Assembly: GCA_040385625.1 (NCBI GenBank)
Contig: JAZKHA010000021.1
Location: forward strand, 14,823 to 78,822
Reading direction: 5' to 3'
DNA: 64,000 nt
From: Bacteroidota bacterium
GTDB lineage: Bacteria > Bacteroidota > Bacteroidia > Flavobacteriales > Flavobacteriaceae
The notes below the pieces were generated by a model. It was not told where the DNA came from and did no database searches. It worked only from the letters and a program-made list of their open reading frames with translations. Positions 38,125 through 47,194 of the stretch are shown here, piece by piece (the stretch's first letter is position 1; each line of letters starts with the position of its first letter). The position numbers were made by a program, and so were the translations under genes.

Positions 38125-39183
38125 ATGAATATCCGAATCTCTGGGTCTGGGAGTTATATCCCAACCGAAATAGTAACCAACAAGGATTTTGCTAAACATG
38201 TATTTCTTAATGATGATGGTTCGCCATTTCCATTACCAAATGAAACCATAACTGAAAAATTTCACGATATTACGGGAATATTAGAACGTCGTTATGTTAC
38301 CGATAACTTAAACACTTCCGATATCGCATCGATTGCCGCTAAAAAAGCTATTGAAGATGCTAAGATTGATCCAGAAACTTTAGATTATATCATTTTCGCG
38401 CACAACTTCGGAAATGTAAAAAAAGGAGCCATTCAAACCGATCTTTTACCGAGTTTAGCCACACGTGTTAAATTTGATTTACGCATTAAAAATCCAAAAT
38501 GTGTAGCATATGACATGTTATTTGGTTGTCCAGGATGGGTTGAAGGCGTAATACAAGCCAAAGCTTTTATTAAAGCCGGAATGGCCAAAAAATGTTTGGT
38601 TATTGGAGCAGAGACATTATCTCGAGTAGTTGATTTACACGATAGAGATTCTATGATTTATTCGGATGGTGCAGGTGCCACTATTGTAGAAGCTACTGAC
38701 GAAGAAGGCGGTATTCTGGCTCATGAAAGCGCTACATTTACATATGATGAGGCTTATTATTTATTCTTTGGAAATTCATTCAACAAAGACCACGATCCAG
38801 ATGTGCGTTATATAAAAATGCACGGACGCAAAATATATGAATTTGCATTAAATCAAGTCCCAAAAGCGATGGCGGCTTGTTTAGACAAAAGCGGTATTCA
38901 TATTTCTGAAGTTAAAAAAGTATTGATACATCAGGCCAATGAAAAAATGGACGAAGCCATTATTCAGCGGTTTTATAAAATTTACAAACAAGATCCACCA
39001 GAAGGAGTCATGCCGATGAGTATCCATAAATTAGGAAACTCAAGTGTTGCAACCGTGCCTACACTTTATGACTTAATCATGAAAGGAGAACTAGAAAATC
39101 AAAAACTTAACAAAGGAGATGTGATTATATTTGCATCAGTAGGTTCAGGAATGAATATTAATGCGATTGTGTATCGCTGTTAA
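38125..39183 (+). CDS. 3-oxoacyl-ACP synthase III family protein (FabH-like)
   Basis: Cys-His-Asn triad is recognisable: Cys in LFGCPGW, His in LIHQAN, Asn in LGNSSVATVP. 352 aa. Confidence 0.8.
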   Translation: MNIRISGSGSYIPTEIVTNKDFAKHVFLNDDGSPFPLPNETITEKFHDITGILERRYVTDNLNTSDIASIAAKKAIEDAKIDPETLDYIIFAHNFGNVKKGAIQTDLLPSLATRVKFDLRIKNPKCVAYDMLFGCPGWVEGVIQAKAFIKAGMAKKCLVIGAETLSRVVDLHDRDSMIYSDGAGATIVEATDEEGGILAHESATFTYDEAYYLFFGNSFNKDHDPDVRYIKMHGRKIYEFALNQVPKAMAACLDKSGIHISEVKKVLIHQANEKMDEAIIQRFYKIYKQDPPEGVMPMSIHKLGNSSVATVPTLYDLIMKGELENQKLNKGDVIIFASVGSGMNINAIVYRC

Positions 39184-39207
39184 CCTTCATAGTCTTCTCA
39201 TAAACAT

Positions 39208-39236
39208 AATGCCATTTCTAATGAAATGGCATTTAT
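39208..39236. terminator. Bidirectional terminator between the convergent fabH-like and flippase genes
   Basis: 11-bp stem AATGCCATTTC / GAAATGGCATT with a TAAT loop. Confidence 0.75.
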
Positions 39237-40706
39237 TTATTTGTCTCTAAACAATGATTTAGGCAATACTTCTTTAATCGGTATAATTTTAAAAATCTGA
39301 TTTCCTAAAGCGAAAATCACAAATGCGATAGCGGGTTTGTAGCAAAGTGAAAGGAATTTATTATCAAAATCCGGCAATACTTTTCCAACAAACAAAACCA
39401 GCGACAAAACACCTAAAACATATAGGTATTTTACTCCAAATGGATGCACACCAAACTTCTTATAATTGAATACAATCTTAATTAGATTATACGTTGTTAA
39501 TGACAAAGCAGTCGCCAATGAAACACCAACAATTCCCATTTTAAACCAAAACAGGAAGATTAAATTAGTAGTAATTGTTAACAGTGCCAAAGCAACTGTA
39601 GTGGTATTATTGAATTTGTAATATTTAGAATTCGAGATAATATAACCGTTGAATCCGGTAGCCAAATCAAACAAAAAGGCAAAACCCATAACATACACCA
39701 CATTCAATCCTTTGAGTAATTGATTGCCGTTTTTCATCAACCCGAACAGATCTTCAATACCCACAGCTACCAATCCGAATAACACCGCCCCAATAGCAAA
39801 TAAATAAAATGAGGTTTTATAATGCAGACTTTTCAGGTCTTTCTTATTATTCTCGGCAATGTAACCTGCAATAATAGGTGCAGAAATCGTATAAACACCC
39901 AATGCCGGAACCGTAATCATACGCACCAGATTCAATGATGTATTGTAAATAGCTACTTCGGAAAAAGTCAACAATTCACCAATCATCGTGGCGTCAATAT
40001 TCAACGCAATGACAGAACCCATGCTTCCTAAAAAGGTATACATCGAATACACCATCAGTTCCCGTCCGAATCCTTCTTTCTTCAGAAACGAAAAATTGAT
40101 TTTCTTAGACACTTTCTCCAATCGGTTGAGATATAGCATCATTCCGAAAAAGGCCAATACAAAAAAAACAATGTATAAAACAATCGAATTTTCTTCCGAA
40201 TACTGATAAAAGACAAAGAGAATGAAAGCTGTCAACATTCCTATTTTCGGGAAGACATTCTCAAAAATATTAGGTACAACAATACGTTTTTTGATGGAAA
40301 TATATTTCGAGCACAATTGGATCAAAGCCAACAGCAAAGCCATGGGTAAAATGTACTGACTCATTTGCCAGAAATCTGTCGCTTTCAATTGCGGGAAAAT
40401 CAATACGGCCAGCAACAATAAACCAACACCTATCAGGAAATTGGCAATGATAAATACGATTGAAAATTTGAACAGTTGTTGCTGTTGATTATCTACGGAC
40501 ATTTTGGGAAAAAATCGCACATTGGCATGCATAATCCCAAGAGCAACAACAGGCAAAATAAGTAGTGCTGTCTGAAAAACGAATTGCAGTTTTCCGGCAA
40601 ACTCCAAATCGTTAGGATACAGAAATACAGTCGACAGAATACCTATCAACGTACTGAAATAGCCTACGATGCTGTATTTTAAACTTTGCCTTGCTACTAC
40701 ACTCAT
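39237..40706 (-). CDS. Wzx-like oligosaccharide/polysaccharide flippase (MOP superfamily)
   Basis: About 12-14 TM helices. N-terminal RQSLKYSIVGYFSTLIG. Start chosen at Met19 (40706), 4 nt after the stop of the upstream FkbM gene; the track ORF extends to 40760 and would overlap that gene. Confidence 0.7.
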   Translation of the reverse strand: MSVVARQSLKYSIVGYFSTLIGILSTVFLYPNDLEFAGKLQFVFQTALLILPVVALGIMHANVRFFPKMSVDNQQQQLFKFSIVFIIANFLIGVGLLLLAVLIFPQLKATDFWQMSQYILPMALLLALIQLCSKYISIKKRIVVPNIFENVFPKIGMLTAFILFVFYQYSEENSIVLYIVFFVLAFFGMMLYLNRLEKVSKKINFSFLKKEGFGRELMVYSMYTFLGSMGSVIALNIDATMIGELLTFSEVAIYNTSLNLVRMITVPALGVYTISAPIIAGYIAENNKKDLKSLHYKTSFYLFAIGAVLFGLVAVGIEDLFGLMKNGNQLLKGLNVVYVMGFAFLFDLATGFNGYIISNSKYYKFNNTTTVALALLTITTNLIFLFWFKMGIVGVSLATALSLTTYNLIKIVFNYKKFGVHPFGVKYLYVLGVLSLVLFVGKVLPDFDNKFLSLCYKPAIAFVIFALGNQIFKIIPIKEVLPKSLFRDK

Positions 40707-40710
40707 TTGA

Positions 40711-41478
40711 TTATGAATTAGGAATAAAGATAAAGTTATTGATATAGGTATTGAAATCATTCAAGTATTCATCTTTTTGAAAATCGGCCATTTTTGACAC
40801 TTCAAAAGGTTTTAAACTTAAAGTCTTTCTGTCGAAATAAAACACCTCGTATCCAAAACCTTTAATGAAATCGAAAATTTCATTGATTTCATATTTTGCG
40901 TGTCGCAATTCAATTTCGATGATGAAAATGGGCTTTATTTTTTCAAGGATTGATTGACATCCTTTTACCGAATCAAATTCATGACCTTCCACATCGATTT
41001 TCACGACGTCGATTTTAGCAACATTTTGTTGTTTCGCCCAATCGTCTAAAGTGATCGTTTGGATTTCGATTTTTTCCACAGCATCACCCATAGCCTCCAA
41101 TGAAGCACGGGTATCTTGTAAACCATTTCCTTTTTTAGGAATATTCAATACCGCTGTTCCCGTTTGTGAAGAAACCGCATAAGTAAACAGTCCGACTTTT
41201 GGGAATAAGGGTTTAATATAGTTGACCAAACTTTCATTCGGTTCGAAACCAAAGATTTTACCAGTAGTAATGACTTTTTCCGCCTGATACAAGTAAATTC
41301 CTTTATTGGTTCCAATGTCTATAAAAACAGAATCGGGCTGAAGCACCTGATGCAGGTACAATAATTCCGGTTCGCATTTGTAATTTCCTGTTGGTAACGA
41401 ATTCAACGTTTTGTAATAACGTTTTTTGTATAATGACGACCAGTATTTATAGGCCAATTTGATCAGACTTTGTAACAT
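40711..41478 (-). CDS. FkbM-family SAM-dependent methyltransferase
   Basis: FIDIGTNKGIY (SAM motif I) and IDVVKIDVEGHE, characteristic of the FkbM family. Confidence 0.75.
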   Translation of the reverse strand: MLQSLIKLAYKYWSSLYKKRYYKTLNSLPTGNYKCEPELLYLHQVLQPDSVFIDIGTNKGIYLYQAEKVITTGKIFGFEPNESLVNYIKPLFPKVGLFTYAVSSQTGTAVLNIPKKGNGLQDTRASLEAMGDAVEKIEIQTITLDDWAKQQNVAKIDVVKIDVEGHEFDSVKGCQSILEKIKPIFIIEIELRHAKYEINEIFDFIKGFGYEVFYFDRKTLSLKPFEVSKMADFQKDEYLNDFNTYINNFIFIPNS

Positions 41479-42591
41479 TTAGTTTTGTGTTAATTGAAGA
41501 AGTTGTTCTTCTAATTCGTATTTGACACTATCAAAAGTATACTTTTGAATGTATCCCTGCAAATGGGCGTATTCTGCTTGCAGTTTTTCAATAGTCAATC
41601 CGTTCAGTATTTCTGAAAGTTGTGTTGCATTTTCATAATACAAATTGTGCCAGTCCATTTTGGGATAAGAAGTAGGAAACAAACCTATTTTACCATTGTA
41701 CATACAATCGGCTTCGCTGCCACTAACTTTAGTACTGCCGTAAAACTCATTCACCCAGTAAAACGATGTTTGGTTTTTTATTGGACACAATAACAAATGT
41801 GCCTTACTGATAATTTTACTGTAGCTCACCCAAGGGATAAACTGATTAAAATACGTAATCCTTATATTAGAATGGCAATTCTTTTTCAGATGTTCCAATT
41901 GGTTCAATACCGAATTGTTTTCCGGTTTTCCTAAGAATGTAAATTGTAGTACCGTTTGAGGATTTAAACCTTCGAGAACCTTAAGAACCAAATCAATATC
42001 TTTCCGTTTATTGGAAACATTACCCGGCATCACGATATGAATAACATCATCTTCCGGAAATACTGACTGATGACAATAATTCATTTGAACCAATTTTGAC
42101 TTTGCCGAATGCCTTCCGTCCTTCTGAATTTCACCTAAAACCGAATCCGAAATCACTCCGAATTGTTTTGCTTTCAGAATCACTTTTCTTCGGGAAGCCA
42201 CTTTTTCTTTGAGGTATAACTTCAAAAAATAAGTAAGTCGCTCCTTCTCTTTAAAAATATTACGCAGTGAAATCGTTTTGAAAAACAGACTGAAATTCAG
42301 ATTATGCACCAAGCATAAAACTGGCTTTGATTCAAATAACCTTTGATAGTCATTGAAGTCCCGATGCAATGTGTTCACCACAATTCCATCAAAGTGTGAA
42401 AAATCAGTTTCTGAAACCGACAAGATAACCGAAATATGTTCCTGTGGAATAGCCGTCAGTTTTTCATTCACTTTCGGACTTACAAAAAAATGAAAACTGA
42501 GGCGCTCCATCGACGTAACTAGCAAGTACCATTGTTCCAGCAAAGCGGAATGCGTTTCCATTTCAATAAAGGCAATTTTCTTCTTTTCCAA
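41479..42591 (-). CDS. Hypothetical protein, possibly a divergent GT-B-fold glycosyltransferase
   Basis: 370 aa. Two Rossmann-like halves are suggested (KIAFIEMETH..., VMPGNVSNKRKDIDL...), but there is no canonical EX7E motif. Its stop abuts the FkbM start codon. Confidence 0.4.
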   Translation of the reverse strand: MEKKKIAFIEMETHSALLEQWYLLVTSMERLSFHFFVSPKVNEKLTAIPQEHISVILSVSETDFSHFDGIVVNTLHRDFNDYQRLFESKPVLCLVHNLNFSLFFKTISLRNIFKEKERLTYFLKLYLKEKVASRRKVILKAKQFGVISDSVLGEIQKDGRHSAKSKLVQMNYCHQSVFPEDDVIHIVMPGNVSNKRKDIDLVLKVLEGLNPQTVLQFTFLGKPENNSVLNQLEHLKKNCHSNIRITYFNQFIPWVSYSKIISKAHLLLCPIKNQTSFYWVNEFYGSTKVSGSEADCMYNGKIGLFPTSYPKMDWHNLYYENATQLSEILNGLTIEKLQAEYAHLQGYIQKYTFDSVKYELEEQLLQLTQN

Positions 42592-42648
42592 CCGAATGAT
42601 TTTCTATTCCCACAAAAATAAAGATATTTGTAGAACTTATTAGAAACA

Positions 42649-43497
42649 ATGAACTATTATATCGTCATTCCCGCGCATAACGAAGAAAAATTTATAGGAT
42701 TATCCCTTGACTCTTTAATTAATCAAACGGTTTTGCCTAAAAGAGCGGTTATTGTCAACGATAATTCCACTGACAACACCGGAGCGATAGTGCAATCGTA
42801 CATTGAAAAACATCCTTGGATATCTTTGGTTGACAAAAAATCAGATGCCATTCATTTGCCGGGCAGTAAAGTGATTCAAGCTTTTCAAGCTGGTTTGGAT
42901 ACTTTGAACGAGGAATATGACATTATGGTGAAAGGTGATTCGGATTTGATTTTTCCTTCCAATTACTTTGAAACCATCATCAAACATTTTAAAAGCGACC
43001 CTCAAATTGGCATGGCCGGAGGATTTGCCTACATTGAAAAAAACGGCGAGTGGATTTTAGAGAATTTAACCGACAAAGACCATATCCGTGGTGCTTTCAA
43101 AGCCTACCGGAAAGCAACTTTTCATCAAATTGGCGGATTAAAACCAGCTATGGGCTGGGATACCGTTGACGAATTGCTTTCCAAATTCTACAATTGGAAA
43201 GTCGTTACTGATGAATCTTTAAAAGTAAAACATTTAAAACCAACAGGAGCCAATTACAATAAAACGGCACGCTACAAGCAAGGAGAAGCTTTTTATACTT
43301 TAGGATACGGTTTTTTCATTACTGCTGTGGCATCTTTAAAACTAGCGATGCGAAAAGGGAAACCTTTTTTGTTCATAGACTACATCATGGGATTTTGGAA
43401 AGCCAAAGCAGAAAAGAAAACGATGTTAGTTACACCCGAACAAGGAAGGTTTGTAAGAGGATACCGTTGGAAAAAAATGAAGGCGAAGATTTTTTAA
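42649..43497 (+). CDS. Family 2 (GT-A) glycosyltransferase
   Basis: YYIVIPAHNEEKFI and VNDNSTDNT, a DxD-type segment (KGDSDLIF), and a C-terminal amphipathic/TM segment. Confidence 0.8.
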   Translation: MNYYIVIPAHNEEKFIGLSLDSLINQTVLPKRAVIVNDNSTDNTGAIVQSYIEKHPWISLVDKKSDAIHLPGSKVIQAFQAGLDTLNEEYDIMVKGDSDLIFPSNYFETIIKHFKSDPQIGMAGGFAYIEKNGEWILENLTDKDHIRGAFKAYRKATFHQIGGLKPAMGWDTVDELLSKFYNWKVVTDESLKVKHLKPTGANYNKTARYKQGEAFYTLGYGFFITAVASLKLAMRKGKPFLFIDYIMGFWKAKAEKKTMLVTPEQGRFVRGYRWKKMKAKIF

Positions 43498-43516
43498 TTT
43501 CTTCGCCTTTTATTTT
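43480..43516. terminator. Bidirectional terminator between the GT2 gene and the convergent delta-60 repeat gene
   Basis: Stem AAGGCGAAGA / TCTTCGCCTT with a T-rich loop and T-runs on both strands. It overlaps the last codons of the GT2 gene. Confidence 0.65.
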
Positions 43517-43531
43517 ATTGAATGTATAAAC

Positions 43532-46500
43532 TTATTTCTTTATGAACCTTGTGTTAGAAGTTCCTTTATCAGAATTTATTTTTACAAAATAATTCCCTGA
43601 TGATAAATTGGAAACATCAATTGTGGATGCATTTTTTGCATTAGGTACTACCATCATTAATTGTCCCAAAACATTATAAATCTGAATTGAAGAAATCTCA
43701 ATACTTTCTTTTTTATTAATATTTAAAACATCACTAACAGGGTTAGGATATAAGTTAAAATAATTACTAAACGAAAAATCCTGCACACTTAAAGCCTGAA
43801 TTGTCGTTGTATAGGTATTTGTAGTGATTGGATAATTATAATCGAAATAAATATTAGCCAAACCACCAAAAGTATCACCCGAAACTAATGTTGATTTCGT
43901 TTTAATTTTAAATGCAACATAACCTGTGTTGGTTCCTGCTGTATAAGGCAAATTAATATTATCGAATTTAAACTCTACTTTATTTCCTCCTGAAATTTTT
44001 GTGGTGAATAACGCGCTACCGCTCAATGGTACCAGTGTATTTACATCAAATTTATTGGCATCAATTACATCGGTAACGTTTATGTTTTGCGCGTTGTAGG
44101 TTCCTGAATTTTCAAAACGAATTACATAATGTGCATATTCACCCACTTTATCTGTACCAACTGAAGGTCCAAACATACATGTTTTATCATTTGGATCTAA
44201 CGAATTTACCACTGTTTGATTTAATGTAAATGTATTATCATTAGGTGTTTCATCTGTTTGCGTAGAAGTGATTGTTGTAGTATAATTTAAAACACTTCCT
44301 GCGTTAAGTGGTGGGGATTCTACTGGTGAATTCAAATTAAGCGTAACCAAAACTTCTCTTGTTTCATAAGGATTCAAATTAGTGAAATTCCAAGTCCTTA
44401 CATTCGTTGCTGATGTTGAAGCAGCAGGAACAGCTGAAACATAATCGAGTACCGCATCATCAAAATTTAAAGAAACCGTTCCTGATTGCAACTGATTGCC
44501 TTTATTTTTATATACCAATTTATATTTAGCATCAGAACCTGGTCTTGCTGGATCTATAGGAATCAAGACAACCTCAATATCTGGATGTACACCATTAGGT
44601 GTAATACAGAAGTTTTGCATAAATGGAGAAGCTTGTGCTGGAAAACTCACATTTATGCTAGTTGGTGTTACGTTAAAATAAGTTGGGTTTTCGAATGACG
44701 GAGTTAAAGTGTAATTACCTGATTTCAACCCTATATTAAAACTTCCTGAAGTGTTTGTAACATAATTAAAATTGATAGCTCCTGATGAAATGTTAAATTT
44801 TAAATTATTATATCTTAAATCATCAACATCACAACCATTCAAATTACTATCTAATCTGTTTTCACCTTTAACAATGTAATAATTCTCTCCTAAAAATCTC
44901 ATCAAACCACCTATTTTATCGCCATTATATTTTGTAAAATATCCTCCTGCAAGTATTTTACCATTATTCTGTATTAAAATAGTGCTAACCCCATTATTAA
45001 AAGAGCCTTGAGTTTGAAAAGTTGAATCTAAATTCCCATCTTTAGTCAATCTATACAGATTTGATGTTGAGTAAGTAGAATTTGCATCATAAAAAACTCT
45101 TTTAGAAACTAAAATTGTATTATCTGGCATCACATTAGCTGTATTGGGTTGATCATTAACAGAATCAAAATAAGTTGAAACCACATGAGTATTAAAAGTA
45201 TTATCAACAGTACCATCAGAATTCAAACGTTTAATTTTTCTCACGCCTGACTCATCATCATACCAAACAATCATTTTTCCATCTGATTGCAAACCAATAA
45301 AACCTACATTTAAACATAATACAGTATCAAAACTTCCATTATTATTAAATCTTGCAATTCCTGGTTGATTTGATGAAGTATAACCTTCAAAAATTAACTT
45401 ACCATCGAGCAATGCTGCTACGGGTTCTCCAAGAAATGATGATTCAGAATATAAAAAAGACACATCTTTTGTGTGATCAGTGTTATATCGAACAACTCGG
45501 TTACTCGTTGCTAAATCATTACATAAATAATATTTCCCCGACAAATCCTTAAATATTGATCTCCAATAGATATCCGACATTGCTCCATTTGTACGAGTAC
45601 TATAGACAGTACCATTAGAATTTAATATATATATGTATTTATTATTATGCATAAAAAGAACCTTCCCATCATTCAAAGCAAATAATTTAGGATTACCGTT
45701 TCCGATTGTTAAGTGAGTATTTGGATTTGTAAAATTAAAAGTTTCATCAACGCTACCATCTTGATTTAATCTAAATACTAATTTTTTAAACGATGTATTA
45801 TATGATTCAGAAGACCCAGTTATTAAAATTTTACCATCTAGTTGTTCTGATATACTAGATACACTTTTACACCCTTTTAAATAATTGGCATACGTATTGT
45901 CGAATGTCAAATTACTATTCAACCTAATAAGTGAATTATATTCTTGAGAATTAGAGACCAACAAGCCAGCATGAACTAATATCCTATTATCGTTTAGAAC
46001 TAAAAATTTATTAATACCAGAATTAGTACCACTTATTGAACCAAAAGTAGTATCAATAGTTCCATCTATATTAACCCTAACTAAATTACGTATTGTTGTC
46101 GAACCATATTGTGAAAAAGAACCTCCTATAATAATTTTCCCATCAGGATTAATATGAAAATCACTTGCTCTATTGATATTTAAAAAAGTAGAATCAATTG
46201 TACCATCACTATTCAGTCTACAAATTCCATTACGAGAAACTCCATTTACAGAACTAAAACTTCCTTTTATTATTAATTTACCATCTGATTGTTGACTAAT
46301 TTTCTCGTAATAAAAATTATTAAAACTATCCAACACAACATTATTAAATGTACTATCCGACAGACCATTTTGAGCATATCTTTTTAAGGTAGTAGTATTA
46401 TAATCTAAACAAATTAATTTCCCATCCGATTGAACAAACTTTAATTCAGACCCCGCAGGAATGACAACATTTCCAATGGTTCCATTAGAATTAACACAAA

Positions 46501-47041
46501 TAATATTTGTAGAATTTTGGCCATTATAACTAGTTGCAACTGGCCACGAAAAAAATATTTTACCCACATCATCAATAAAAAGTTTTCCAGGATAGTTTAT
46601 ACTACCTCCATTATCAACATGTGTAAAGCCTGTACCGTTATTAAAAGTAATATCTAATGTAAAATCAGTATTCAATCTTACAATTTTACCTTTAACAATG
46701 CCGTTAAATTTTGTAAATGCGCCACCAACAACAATTTTCCCATCTGGTTGCACTAAAAAATCATAAACTCTACCTTCAAATTTATCGGTTAAATCTACAA
46801 CTAACCTATTTTCATTTAAACAAACAAATCTTGTTGTGTTTAATTCATCATAAACATATGAATCAAAAATAACCAACATATTTCCATTCGGAAGTTGTTG
46901 CATTTTAGTTATTGAACCATTAATATAAAAATTATCTTGTAGTATATTTGCAACATTAAAATCTAGATCTCTATCTCCTGCATTCTGCCCAAAAGCAATC
47001 GTAAAAACAAAAAAAGTAATTAGGAAGTATAGTTTTTTCAT
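43532..47041 (-). CDS. Large secreted delta-60-repeat (beta-propeller-like) protein with DUF11-like Ig domains and a T9SS C-terminal sorting domain
   Basis: Signal peptide. At least a dozen degenerate repeats of 50-60 aa centred on (Q/N)xDGK(I/L)h(h)GG.F..(Y/F)NG and N.DG(T/S)hD.TF (aa ~25-720, nt ~44880-46970). These are followed by PGSDAKYKLVYKNKG and VGEYAHYVIRFENSG Ig-like modules. The last ~77 aa (nt ~43535-43765) end in GNYFVKINSDKGTSNTRFIKK. Confidence 0.75.
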   Translation of the reverse strand: MKKLYFLITFFVFTIAFGQNAGDRDLDFNVANILQDNFYINGSITKMQQLPNGNMLVIFDSYVYDELNTTRFVCLNENRLVVDLTDKFEGRVYDFLVQPDGKIVVGGAFTKFNGIVKGKIVRLNTDFTLDITFNNGTGFTHVDNGGSINYPGKLFIDDVGKIFFSWPVATSYNGQNSTNIICVNSNGTIGNVVIPAGSELKFVQSDGKLICLDYNTTTLKRYAQNGLSDSTFNNVVLDSFNNFYYEKISQQSDGKLIIKGSFSSVNGVSRNGICRLNSDGTIDSTFLNINRASDFHINPDGKIIIGGSFSQYGSTTIRNLVRVNIDGTIDTTFGSISGTNSGINKFLVLNDNRILVHAGLLVSNSQEYNSLIRLNSNLTFDNTYANYLKGCKSVSSISEQLDGKILITGSSESYNTSFKKLVFRLNQDGSVDETFNFTNPNTHLTIGNGNPKLFALNDGKVLFMHNNKYIYILNSNGTVYSTRTNGAMSDIYWRSIFKDLSGKYYLCNDLATSNRVVRYNTDHTKDVSFLYSESSFLGEPVAALLDGKLIFEGYTSSNQPGIARFNNNGSFDTVLCLNVGFIGLQSDGKMIVWYDDESGVRKIKRLNSDGTVDNTFNTHVVSTYFDSVNDQPNTANVMPDNTILVSKRVFYDANSTYSTSNLYRLTKDGNLDSTFQTQGSFNNGVSTILIQNNGKILAGGYFTKYNGDKIGGLMRFLGENYYIVKGENRLDSNLNGCDVDDLRYNNLKFNISSGAINFNYVTNTSGSFNIGLKSGNYTLTPSFENPTYFNVTPTSINVSFPAQASPFMQNFCITPNGVHPDIEVVLIPIDPARPGSDAKYKLVYKNKGNQLQSGTVSLNFDDAVLDYVSAVPAASTSATNVRTWNFTNLNPYETREVLVTLNLNSPVESPPLNAGSVLNYTTTITSTQTDETPNDNTFTLNQTVVNSLDPNDKTCMFGPSVGTDKVGEYAHYVIRFENSGTYNAQNINVTDVIDANKFDVNTLVPLSGSALFTTKISGGNKVEFKFDNINLPYTAGTNTGYVAFKIKTKSTLVSGDTFGGLANIYFDYNYPITTNTYTTTIQALSVQDFSFSNYFNLYPNPVSDVLNINKKESIEISSIQIYNVLGQLMMVVPNAKNASTIDVSNLSSGNYFVKINSDKGTSNTRFIKK

Positions 47042-47124
47042 GGTATTTGAATTTGGCCGTAAATGTATGATTTAAAATCAATAAAAACCATCGCGAACAA
47101 ACCAAATACAACAGAAATCACTTA

Positions 47125-47167
47125 TAAAAAAACAAACCATCCCAACCCAATGTTAAGATGATTTGTT
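47125..47167 (-). terminator. Probable terminator after the hybrid kinase gene
   Basis: Imperfect 11-bp stem (AACAAACCATC / GATGATTTGTT, one mismatch) with a 15-nt loop, followed by a T-run on the minus strand. Confidence 0.45.
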
Positions 47168-47194
47168 CTTTTAATTATCGTAAAATTGATTTTC

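Noticed and set aside
40707-40760. Upstream extension of the flippase ORF that overlaps the FkbM gene by 50 nt
   Set aside because: The Met at 40706 gives a 4-nt spacer after the FkbM stop and a typical Wzx N-terminus. The extension (MISIPISITLSLFLIHNQ) is read from the 3' end of the FkbM coding sequence in another frame.
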